Source: Chrysomallon squamiferum
Lineage: Eukaryota; Animalia; Mollusca
DNA: 64,000 nucleotides
Reading direction: 5' to 3'
Assembly: GCA_012295275.1 (NCBI GenBank)
Contig: CM022673.1
Coordinates: 25,110,001-25,174,000, forward strand
How positions within the stretch are numbered: position 1 is the stretch's first letter; every line of letters starts with the position of its first letter. A program made the position numbers and the translations under genes. A model generated the notes under the pieces. It saw nothing but the letters and a program-made list of their open reading frames with translations. It was not told the origin of the DNA and made no database searches. Below, piece after piece: positions 1 through 11,340 of the stretch.

Positions 1-949
1 TTAACAGAAATGTATTAAGTAAAGGAACAAAGAAAACAGGCAACGACAGGTTTGTTGCAAAAACTGATATTAAAATAACGCAAGTCTTGTATATTAAAAA
101 TGTATTAAAAATGTTCAATAATAATTCTGCTCTCTTATTCTGATTCACCAACATAAATTATATGAAATTTTTTATTTTTCACTCCACCATAATGTAGTTT
201 ATTTTGACTGAATAATTTTACAAAGTTTGATTATTTCATATAAAAATATCTGTGAATTCTAATAAAATATTTAGGAATTCAAAGATGAAAACGTGCATGT
301 TATAAATGCAATTGCAAAAGCCCTGTGACTCAGCCTGGTGAGTGTATTTCTTTTTTCAACTTTTGTTAGCTAAATTGTCTTCTGTGAACTCAAAATAGCT
401 GAAGCAATAATAAAAAAAAAACTTGTAGCATAACAAATAAAGTTTTCACAATATTCTCATGTTCAGCATCTTTCTAAATATTTAATTTTAGAAAACAGAC
501 TCTTAAATCAGAATATCTTTAAGTCTTTAATCAGTGGATTTCTACATTTTTCAAACCATGACCCCTTATGAGCATCTCAATATGATTGATGACCCCCCTT
601 TAAAATTTTTGATTCGATAATATCTAGGGTTACCATATTTTCATCAACCAACAGGAATCTATATTCACTATGACAGGTCCCAAAGCTATTTACACATTTT
701 TATTTATTCTTTCTTCCACATCAAGTTGAAAAAAGCTAAAACATATCCTCACTCAAGAACGATCTCGCAAAACCTTAGAAAAAAAGGCTATGCACTAAAT
801 AATGTATTTCCATCTTCAGTGATGTCAAACATCTGACTCATGTATTTAATCACTTATTTTCCACTTCACTGACTTCAGATTTCTCTAAAACAACTATTGG
901 CTGTAAAAATAACAGATCTTGATATGTGATAAAATTTTAATTTTCTTAC

Positions 950-1023
950 CTTATCCATATAGAAATCCATTTCTCTGTAGCTTTTTGTTTCCTTTCAATG
1001 CTAAACAGTGAGAAATATTTTAC
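950..1023 (-). CDS. Probable exon of an unidentified host gene running off the left edge (possible start MDFYMDK)
   Basis: Minus strand reads ctttcag|GTAAAA...ATGGATTTCTATATGGATAAG|gtaaga, with a canonical acceptor and donor; ATG at 970-968. Product not recognisable. Confidence 0.35.
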
Positions 1024-1346
1024 CTGAAAGAAATTTGTGGAAATAGTATTTAAAAGATTCCTTTGAATTTGTCATTCAGTTACGTCATATTTCTGTGTCA
1101 TTATAACAAACAGTTATAACACACAGTGGCGTATCTAAGATGTGGCAGATACAGTACATGCCCCAGGCACCAATAATCTGATTGTTATTATGGTAAAGTT
1201 ATCTAAAAGATGGGTGATGTTTGCAGTTTGACATAGGTGCTGTTTTCTTTAAATCATATTAAATGTTTGTATTGAACACACTCTGTTTGTTCCATGACTT
1301 ACAAAATACTTTATTTTCAAAATATTAATTTAAAAAAATAAAATAA

Positions 1347-1404
<58 letters not shown>

Positions 1405-2199
1405 TTAATAATAATAATTTTTTAGTATTTAAAATACAAATAAAATTTCTTGTGGTTTTTATTATACAAATAAAATTAAAAATAATAAATTAATGTATAT
1501 TTCTTTAATGGTACATTTTGTTAATTATACATTTTTGTATAATATTATCTGAAGATATTATTTCTTAAGTTATTTTCTATAGGTTAACAAAACATAATAT
1601 TTTAAATGATTAATCAGTAAATAGGATAAAAAACAACATTCCATTGAGAGGTTGGTTACCTTTGGGGCACTAATTAAAACATGAAATAACAAAATGGCAC
1701 ACTGCAAAATATTAGTTCTGTGCCTATCTGTATTCTGCAATGTACATTTATTTTTAGAACAATAACATATCTGAATACAATAAATTAAAAATGTAACAAA
1801 CCGTTTATTAATGTTTAACCAGAACACGATTCTGTAAGTTATTATTTATTTGTTATCGTTGTTATTTATAATCAAATATTTAAAATTCTGCTAATAAAGT
1901 TTGGTCTACTCGCTTTTTAATAGAATGAGTATGGCGCTTAATATTGTACGTTCTTGTGTTAATTTTGTTGTTTTAATTATTATTATTATTTATTTAATTA
2001 TACATTTATTTGTTTATTTATTTATTAGTTTGCTTTCTTTTGCTTTTGTATATATATATATATATTTTTTTTTGTTGTTGTTGTTTTGTTTCCTATTTAA
2101 AATTACGTGTTTCCAACGTAATTTGTTTTTCAGAAATTTACAAAAACGAACTAAATAACAAAAGTTATCAACTGCTACAATGCTCTTTAAATTATAGAA

Positions 2200-2830
2200 C
2201 AATATAAAAACCACTGTCGGTTACAATTTCACATCAATCAGGTGAATCTTCGTGTGTGAACTTTATTAATGATTTCTTAAAAACAATAATTTTATAACGG
2301 ATGTGATGGCTATGCACCGTCATTAAAACGCAAGCGACTATGTCGTTTAGTGCATCATGTCATTTTCAAAGTCCTAATGTCAAAATAAATGAAAAAATGA
2401 AAACAAACTGCTGAAATGAAATCTATAGGAAAATATGTATTTTTATTTCTATTTTAAATAATACTCTACCTACAATGAATTTAATTCAAAATGTGCTGCA
2501 AATTGCAGTTTTATTTCTTCTATCTTCTTTAAATCATATGCTTCGGCATAAGAAACGCTTAATTCTATTGGTTGATCATTAACCTAGTTTTGACGTCCTG
2601 GCATACTTACATATTTTAAAATTGTCTTTTTAGTCAAGTAATATTTTCGACAGGCGTAGGAGGACTGTGCGATTTTCTTTTCTTTTTTAATTTTTTAATT
2701 TTTTAAATTTTTTTTTGACTCCGACATGAAAGATTTAAATGTAATTTTTTAATCCTTAGATTCAGTAAAAAAAAAAAAAAAAAAAATCTCGGATGATCCC
2801 GTAAGTGTCCGTATTTAACGGAAATCCCTA
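2200..2830. promoter_or_regulatory. Putative, possibly bidirectional, promoter region
   Basis: Local CpG enrichment in an otherwise CpG-poor area, ATTGG (reverse CCAAT) at about 2566, TGACGTC at about 2591, and a plus-strand donor-like GTAAGT at 2801. Confidence 0.35.
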
Positions 2831-2849
2831 TTACATGATACAGTAACCG

Positions 2850-3523
2850 AAAATACATAAACCAGATAAAACAGTCCCGCCCTTCCCACAGAAAAAATTA
2901 AACCTTGAATTGGACGTGAGCACGTAAAAAGAATTACCATACCATACCACAGAAAACTTCGAAGTGGGATCTACGCTCGGTGAGTACAAAAACTTTATAT
3001 TATAAAAAGGTCTACTGTTGATGATAATACTACTCAAACTATGTTTTATAATCCAAATAACAAAACTGTAGATGAAGGTTGGCAATGTCTACCATATGAA
3101 TATATAGCTGCTTCAGTTACTTCTACGGAATGGCAAGAATCCGTTATTCATTCACCTTCATTTAGATTATGTCCATTCCATGGAGTTGATGGTCCAGTTA
3201 AACAATCTGCTTGCATGTTTGTTAGATACTTTTCAACATTTGAATTTGCTAAACGAAGCTCTTGTCATATGAATATGGATTATTACGAAATTACGGAAAC
3301 TGAAACTCCAGCTGGACATGTTAAATTTCCAATGTTTGCATTTCATAAAAAGAATCGTAAATTCAGGTTTCAAAAACGTCAATTATTATGTCTTAATGAA
3401 ACTTTATCATGTGCTAATCAATGTGCACAAGGAGGAACTCCAACATGGAACAAAACATTGTGCTCTGTGAAGATGAGAATTCTGCTCCCAATTCCACTAG
3501 TCGTTTCAAGCAACTTAAAACAT
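2850..3523 (+). pseudogene. Decayed parvovirus-like capsid (VP) remnant with in-frame stops and a large internal deletion
   Basis: The frame of ORF 3041-3526 extends upstream through a TGA at 2981 (KRITIPYHRKLRSGIYAR*VQKLYII). DEGWQCLPYEYIAASVTSTEWQESVI resembles the parvoviral betaC-alphaA motif (hamaparvovirus-type GWHxLP...TPxQW). It is fused directly to LCPFHGVDGPVKQSACMFVRYFSTFEFAKR, which resembles the betaH-betaI end of the jelly roll. The ORF's stop codon is supplied by the MITE terminus. Confidence 0.6.
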
Positions 3524-4439
3524 TAGTCCGGTGGCAGCGACCGATAAGTGTGCATTGCGGTCCGTACAAAGTTTTTTTGCTGTTTCTATACCTCTGAGAT
3601 GTGCTGTTTAAGAATTTGAATGATGCCACTCTGTCATCCTTGGGCAATCCTCACAATATGCAAATTAAGGCCGCCATTACTGAAAATCTTGTTTTCGTCA
3701 ATATCTCAGTAACTATGCTTGGTATCAAAATAATTTTGGTGTCTATCCCCATGTTTTGAGGGGTAAATAATCAGATTAAGCCATTTCAGTCAATATCACA
3801 CAAATATTTTGTGCTGAATATTTTGTGCATATTAAGGCCGCCATTACTGAAAATCTCGTTTTCGTCGGTATCTCAGTAACTACACATGGTATCAAAATAA
3901 TTTTGGTGTCTATACACATGTTTTTAGGGGTAAAGAATCAGATTAAACCATTACAGTATTGATCACACCAATATTTTCTGCAAAATATGCAAAAATCAAG
4001 TTCAGTGTATATCCAAGTCGCTACAGAACATCCCCTTTACTTATGCTGAGCATGTCGCCATTACTGATTTGACTCAGTCCTCAAACAAGTCACTTTCAAG
4101 AACATTGTCACAGTCATCAACCCGTCGGGTGTGCTCATTCTGGCAGTGTGCTTCTCCGTGACATCCACAAAAGCCATGTTCTGATTCTTTACCCCTAAAA
4201 ATGTGTATAGACACCAAAATTATTTTGATACCATGCATAGTTACTGAGATATTGATGAAAACAAGATTTTCAGTAATGGCGGTCTTAATTTGCATATTGT
4301 GTGGATTGCTCAAGGATGACAGAGTGGCATCATTCAGATTCTTAAAGAGCACATCTCAGAGGTATAGAAACAGCAAAAAAACTTTGAACGGACTGTACTG
4401 CAAGGTTCTCCAAAAATCTGGGGTTTGGCAACCGGACTA
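3524..4439. mobile_element. Non-autonomous TIR DNA transposon (MITE), probably Academ superfamily
   Basis: Termini TAGTCCGGT...ACCGGACTA; 3-bp target duplication CAT at 3521-3523 and 4440-4442; long subterminal inverted arms (about 3557-3775 vs 4180-4395); internal ~166-bp direct repeat; internal minus-strand fragment FCGCHGEAHCQNEHT...DLFED* resembling the end of a Cys-rich transposase C-terminus. Confidence 0.85.
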
Positions 4440-4442
4440 CAT

Positions 4443-5148
4443 CACATAACCAACCAACTAATAACGAAGAAGATCTTAAATAATCAAAATGATAAATACT
4501 GATTGGGGAGGTTTATAACTGGGATAATGTTGATAAAACATTGCCAGCCGCACATCTTATTAAATTGCACAAGCTAAAAATGCTCTTTATAACTATCTCT
4601 TTTTTCCTGCACTTGATATGAATGATAAAACTAATGAACGAAGAATATTAGTTAAAGATTTAAATTATTCATGTAACTTGTTTTTTTTCAAGAACCTATA
4701 TCTTTTGATGGTTTATCTTTGACAGATAAAAATACAACCTGACTTATTATGTTGTGATATGATTATACTTCATAATACAGATTCAGAAGATGATATTATA
4801 ATTGCTAATCATCCTAATAATACTTTTATAGAGGTCATATTCGAATGTTATATGTAGATATAGGTTATGGAACATTAAGAATTGTTCATGGTTTAGAGCA
4901 TATTATTTCATTTGGACCATATCTGCAAAATAGAAGCTATAATTATTATAATATTTGATTCTTATCGTCCCATTCGATATAGGCATAACTCCGACTCAGA
5001 CTTTGTTGAACCAGAACAAAACGCACGAGGAGAGTTAACTTCAGGTCAAGCTCCATAGAAGACGAAGATCTATTGGTTCAAGATTAGATATTAGAGAATC
5101 CAAGAGATTTAAACATAGACATCAGATAACTGATTGTAAAGATTCATC
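4443..5148 (+). pseudogene. Decayed accessory ORF(s) of the endogenous viral element
   Basis: Protein-like plus-strand segments in shifting frames separated by stops and indels (e.g. AQAKNALYNYLFFPALDMNDK; YVDIGYGTLRIVHGLEHIISFGPY; FDSYRPIRYRHNSDSDFVEPEQ). Lacks the homopolymers and microsatellites typical of host non-coding DNA here. Confidence 0.45.
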
Positions 5149-7011
5149 ATGTCACCAATCTACCATAGTTTAACTATTGCTCCTAATTTGGAGAATATTG
5201 AGCAGTGTAAAAGGTTACAACAACTCTTTTCAGGCCGATACATTGCTCCTAGGATTAGGGTAAATGGAAAAGCTATATATGCTAAAAAAGCTGATTTATC
5301 TAAAAAACCAATTTCAAAGTGGGCTACTAAAAGAGAAAACTTGAATGCTCTACCTATTAAAGTTAAAACATTTTTAAATAAAATAAAGCACTTTTTAACA
5401 TCAATTGATAATGAATTCAAGAATCTATCTAATATTAAAACTAGACAATCTTTAGTTGTAGTTCATAAAGGATCTGAAATTTGTCCAGTATACACCCATT
5501 TACATGTTGTTACCTATACAACAGGTGAAGATCATACTATGGATACTGACGAGGAATTTAGAGCAATGCTTACTGCTGGTCGTGAAGCTGGCTATGATAT
5601 CCGTGCACAGAAAATAAATAACTTAAAAGAACATCTTAAATTTTTAAAGAGATCCAGTTCAGGTTATACTTTTCTTGGAACAAATAGTATCGATTTGGAA
5701 TATACTTGGAATAAATTGCCATCTGATAGCGATGACTCACCTGTTCCAACAACCTTGACTGAGGATACGGAAAATGATGAAGATGAAAGTGTTGGCGTTG
5801 CAGATGAATGGGGACCACCAGACAATTGGGACTTTGGAAAACCCAAGAAATTGGATAGCTGTGATGAAGAAAGGACTGATTTCATCTGTAATTGCCCTAT
5901 GCAAGATGATCCTTACATAAGAGGGAAAAAACGTGGAATTCCTCCAATGAGAAAGATCAGTTTGGAGCCATCTGATTTCAATAGAAATAAAGAAGATGAA
6001 GGACCAAAAAGACAGAAGTTGCAATTTCAAGATAAAACCTGTCTACTTGCAGATGTCATCGAAGAACTTTTAGAAATATCACATGCTAAGTCTGATAAAG
6101 AACTGACAAATTGGGTTTTGGACAATAGAGACAAAACAAATAATATTATCGGAAAAAATATTCCAGGTGAACTTGGTAGCTTTAAATATATTAAAGTTCA
6201 AAGTAGTTATCAACGTGTTTTAAAAGCATTAACTGATGCTAAGGATAAAAGACCAACTGGGTCTTTTATTGAATATTTAAGATCTATTGAATTACCATCA
6301 ATTGCACCTAACGGCCTTAAGATTGCTTCTCCTAAAGAATCAGCAACTAATTTTATTCATTGGTGTATACTTAACAATTTGGATCCGATGGATGTAGTAG
6401 CTAAAACATTAGCTATATTAGAAAAAGTAGATTTAAATAGAAGCTGTATATATATACAAGGTCCATCTACTATTGGAAAGTCTTATTGGTTCATAGAACC
6501 ATTTACTTTGTTACCAGTTGCTGTAATAGGTAGAGCAGGCAAAGATGTGCGTTTTGCTTTTGAAAGTTGTGTTAATAAGAAAATGATTTTGATTGATGAG
6601 GCTAATATAACCAAAATGACTGTAGATCGTTATAAGTCACTGTTGAGAGGAAATGATGTGGAGGTAGAGATAAAACATAAACCTCCACAAACATTGTTTA
6701 AAACTCCAATAATGATGTGTAGTAATGTTAATTTGTCTAATGGTTTGAATCCTGAAGACATGGATGCAATAGAAAAACGCATTTGGAGATTTGATCTTGC
6801 TGTCGATCCTAAAATATGTCGTGCATTTTTGGCTGACGCTAACTTTCCAAATCCCAAAATGTGGGTAGAGTTTGCAGATTTTTTTAAGGATAAAGATGTA
6901 GATTTGAGAGAATGTGCTCGAGCTGATTTCACAAATGGTTTTATGTTTAAATATGACATCACTGGCATCAATTATCAGTTACATTATGATAAATATCAAC
7001 GTTTATCATAA
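5149..7011 (+). CDS. Endogenous parvovirus-like NS1/Rep protein (HUH endonuclease + SF3 helicase), 620 aa, intronless
   Basis: HUH motif YTHLHVVTY; Walker A GPSTIGKS; FAFESCVNKKMILIDEA (Walker B in a parvoviral FPFxDC-type context); B' YKSLLRGNDVEVEIKHK; motif C IMMCSN; arginine finger AIEKRI. A at -3 of the ATG; AATAAA at 7177-7182. Confidence 0.92.
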   Translation: MSPIYHSLTIAPNLENIEQCKRLQQLFSGRYIAPRIRVNGKAIYAKKADLSKKPISKWATKRENLNALPIKVKTFLNKIKHFLTSIDNEFKNLSNIKTRQSLVVVHKGSEICPVYTHLHVVTYTTGEDHTMDTDEEFRAMLTAGREAGYDIRAQKINNLKEHLKFLKRSSSGYTFLGTNSIDLEYTWNKLPSDSDDSPVPTTLTEDTENDEDESVGVADEWGPPDNWDFGKPKKLDSCDEERTDFICNCPMQDDPYIRGKKRGIPPMRKISLEPSDFNRNKEDEGPKRQKLQFQDKTCLLADVIEELLEISHAKSDKELTNWVLDNRDKTNNIIGKNIPGELGSFKYIKVQSSYQRVLKALTDAKDKRPTGSFIEYLRSIELPSIAPNGLKIASPKESATNFIHWCILNNLDPMDVVAKTLAILEKVDLNRSCIYIQGPSTIGKSYWFIEPFTLLPVAVIGRAGKDVRFAFESCVNKKMILIDEANITKMTVDRYKSLLRGNDVEVEIKHKPPQTLFKTPIMMCSNVNLSNGLNPEDMDAIEKRIWRFDLAVDPKICRAFLADANFPNPKMWVEFADFFKDKDVDLRECARADFTNGFMFKYDITGINYQLHYDKYQRLS

Positions 7012-8260
7012 TTGGATACCTTAAGAGAAAGATTTGCAAACTGATGATGATGAATTGTGACTATTTAGTCAAAGAGATGTAAAACATATTAGAAATTTTA
7101 GATTGCCTAATTTATTTGCTAATGAATGCCCACATTGAAGCTTATAATACATTTTTTGCACAATGACTTTAAGCTTAATAAAGGAATAGAATTTTAATTT
7201 CCATATCATTTATTTGTAGCAAGTTTGCATGTTTAGCGTTTGATACATACTAGTTGCTTTTGTGTATATTGTTTTTAGCTAGCTCTATTTTGACTAACGC
7301 ATTTATTAGTTTTTGAAAAAAGTCATACATGCATGCATATTTATTTTTTTCCATCTTTAATACAACTGTAAAATGAATAAACTAACATTTTTACTAATTT
7401 TAAATATACTATATTTAACCAAACTGACTCCTGGTGTTAGATGATGTTTGCCAATTTCAATTCAGTGTTTTGGATATAAAAACTTTCAGAAACGGTGAAT
7501 AAATAACAAAAACAAATTTATGAAAATAATTTTTATTTCTTCATTGGTGGCACATAAATAGTTTCTGTTTTTTCACAAAAAAATAAAATAAAAACACATA
7601 TTGCAAATTCATTAATTTATAAATCTCTAAAACAAAAATAACACTTTTATTTGTATGATTAATTCACATATTGGATTGAATGTGTATGATGAAGAATAAA
7701 AAATATGTTTCTGACAAGAAATTTGCTGAATCGGCTCATTTTGGTTATAATTGTATCAATCATTTAATTAATAATTATGACATATTGTGTTATTGAAATG
7801 ACAACCATGTATATAATTACTGAAAGATTGTCACACAAGTTGTCACACACTGTATGATATGGAATGTTTTATATTGAAGAGTTTGCTGCAGACCAAACAG
7901 CTGCTTTCAATACCTTAGTGGCAGACATTTTTTTTTTTTTTTTTTTTACAGAGATGACACCTTAATAAGTCAGATATATTAAATAATGGTTGTAAAGAAG
8001 CAATACTTGGCGAATAAAGATATTTTCTGGACATATTACATTAGTTTTTTTTTAGTTATTTTAATTTTTTAATTATTATTTTCTTAAACTGAAGTCTTTA
8101 TAAAATGTTCTGTTTAATGATATAACAGGTAGGTTGTCCAAATTCACAAGGTATCAGTATTTTAAATACAGCTATCACTTCTAGCATGTTTCAGTGATAA
8201 AATGGCTGAATTAAAATCTGCGTAAATTAACGTAATGATACTAGGTCATCCAAAACAATA

Positions 8261-8307
<47 letters not shown>

Positions 8308-10487
8308 GTGGATGAAGGATGGATGGTTATAAAATTAATATATTCATAAATAAGTGAATTGTAAGAATTTGAAAGAGTATTTTTTAAAATCTAGAACAGT
8401 TTTCCTGTTCAAATTCATACCCTATACACTGTGTAATATTACATGTAACATCAGTTTTCTGTATAGAATAAGGATATTCACATTTGCATTTTCCTGCTAC
8501 ATTTTCATGGAAGACCAGTTATTGGAGTTGATACAATTTGGTGGGGTACAATATGATGACTAATAATGCAGAGGTAAATTATATGTTTGAAAATGAATAA
8601 ATAAAAATGAAATATTATATAAAACAAATCCACAGAATTTTAAAATGGAGACAACAATTTATGTAAAAGAAATGGAAAATGGATTATATTTTGTTCAGAC
8701 AAATAAACAAATCATACCAAAATATATAAATATTTTTTAAGGCAAATTCCACACAAATATTATGCATTTTGGTGAAAAAAAACAAAGCTATTGCACAATC
8801 TTAGATGGAAAAAACCCCAAACTATTAACACAAAAATGTCTACAAATCATGAAGAAAAAAGCCTTCATGAAAAGGAAAATAATAATAATAATACTTCAGT
8901 ATTTCCCTCACTGAAAACAAGAATACCTTTATTGTACAACTATAGTTATTTAAAGTGCATGGTGATGAAAAAAACAGCCAAAATACATTATTGTACATTC
9001 TGTTTAATGATCAAAGACTACAATTAAAAACATCTGATTATTACGTTATTTTCTAATGTTATGATGTCAAAACATGAAATTTCTACTTGAGTCAGAAAAG
9101 ATACAAGTCTCACTGCACCAGTTGTGAACGATATGATAAAACAGCAGCTTTACAGTTTCTGTAATTAACACTGAAAAGTCACCAAAAACAACAAAATAAC
9201 AACTTCCCAGTATAAATAATTTTTTTTTTTTTGACAGTTTCATTCATATTACCAGGTGTACACTTTAAAAACTATTATTTAAAAACTATTTGTTACAAAT
9301 CTGTTCCCCACCAGAGTCTTATTCCAGTTTACCCACACCAAGGGAAACAAAATGGTGGACTTCACAAACTGTCTAAAACTAAACCAAACCAAACACTACA
9401 AATGAAAGTTTTATGAAGAACTGTTGGAAAGATCAGAAAAGACTCTATTTTTGCTGACCAGTCCCCATGACAAATATTTATTGAAAAATAAAATAAAAAT
9501 AAAACCCTGTTGATACAATTGCTCTGGAACATTATGTCAAATGTCAACAAATACATCAACGTTATAAAAAAACTTGATAGTGTCGTATTTACGTAAACCA
9601 CTTTACAGTGGTGAAAACACTTAGCCCTGTTTCACATTAAAAGTACATTCAGACTACAGATGTTAACAAAAATGTGATAAAATGTTTCAAGTAATTTTAC
9701 AGCTGATGTGTTCAAGTTTCATGGTGTACTTTCTAGAATATCAAATTGTTTAGCATTTATTTATTTTAATGTTTTAAAATATTTAAAAATATAAATCTTT
9801 TTAAATTGAGATAAAAAATTAAAACCCTGTATTGAATATTTTAGATAATTTTGAACAGTTATTATAAAAGCACTTTGTTTTTAAAATAACAATGGTTAAA
9901 AAGATTAATTGGTTATTCTGAATATTCAAGAAAATAAAACTCATACAAAAATAATAATATTCATAACAGTAATAACTGGGAATATTATAAATACTGCAGT
10001 TGACAAGAAAAACTTCAGTGTTTATTAAAGTGTTTAAATACAATAGAATGAGGTAAATTTTTATGTAAAAGTATTTATTCTTTTAAAACACTTAGCACTA
10101 GAAACAAATTTACAGTTTTATGAAAATTTATTTAACTTTTAAACAATAAACACCATTAATATAAATGTAATAATAATAGAATTTTCACAAAATATACACA
10201 CAAACTTTTTAAAACATATCCTTTTACTAAACTTTTATGAAAAAAAAATAAAAAATAACCAAGAACATCAAGCAGTAATAATAATTCAGAAAAAAATTAG
10301 AAAAATGCTAAACACTGACATGAAAAGAAAGTTTAATACTATCCTCTGCAACAACGTCGTAAACATGGAATGTTGGAGCGTTTCAAAATGCGTACACCTC
10401 GATAATGAGAAGTGTTACCACAACAACGAGGATAAATATCAAGATCACCATGAAGACATCTGGCAGAATGAGCCAGAGCAGTAACCG

Positions 10488-11300
10488 TCAAACGGTGACC
10501 ACAGCATCAGAGAAACGCGATGACGCGCCGTTGTTGCTGCTGCTGCTTCTGTGTCTGTGACGCTGATAAATACGTGTCAGTTTGTGTCTGGCTGCATCGA
10601 TCTGGTAACAGACAAATGTTCAGTATTTGAACTAACTATTTTCAAAATAAATTCTTTTTTTTTTTTTTTTTTTTTAAAATGTATTTATAAAATTTTATAT
10701 TTCTGAAAAAAAATCTGTTTTAAAAATACTTTATACATGCCATTAAACAAATATTTTTAATAAAAATGTATATTTCTGAAAAAAAAATCTGTTTTAAAAA
10801 TACTTTATACATGCTATTAAACAAATATATTTAATAAAAATTTATATTTCTGAAAAAAATCTGATTTAAAAATACTTTATACCATCCAAACAAATATTTT
10901 TTAGAAAAATATATATATTCTTATAGTAATACAGAAATGGCCATTAAACAAAATATTTTTTTGTCCATATATTTCTACAGTTGCAGCACTGGGGAGAAAA
11001 TAGCAACATCATAGAATTTTGTTACTTTTGAACAAATTCTTAATGGCTAAAATACATGTATATTTTTTAAAAGTAATTTTTGCAATATGTTGTAATAAGA
11101 TGCTGACTTACCTTATCAGCAAAGAAAGAAGCGATGGTAAATAATATTAACAGAACAAAAGCAAGATGAGTCCAGAATTTCAGCCAATCTCTGTATTTCT
11201 TCCTGAAGAGATAAAAATACAAGTTGCAAAAATTTGTTTTCCTTTCAAAAAATGTCTGCATAAATTAATAAATATTTATTAACAAAAAAATAAATAATAA

Positions 11301-11340
<40 letters not shown>

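Noticed and set aside
430-860. Coding-looking minus-strand fragments (FGTCHSEYRFLLVDENMVTLDIIESK)
   Set aside because: Broken by stops with no recognisable motif; cannot be assigned.
3414-4449. Short ORFs 3414-3647, 4074-4352 and 4201-4449 with mutually similar peptides
   Set aside because: By-products of the MITE's inverted and direct repeats.
5149-7011. NS1 as a Helitron Rep-helicase, CRESS Rep or contaminating viral contig
   Set aside because: The helicase is SF3 with parvovirus-type motif context, not PIF1/SF1. The element is embedded in host-type DNA and carries a host MITE.
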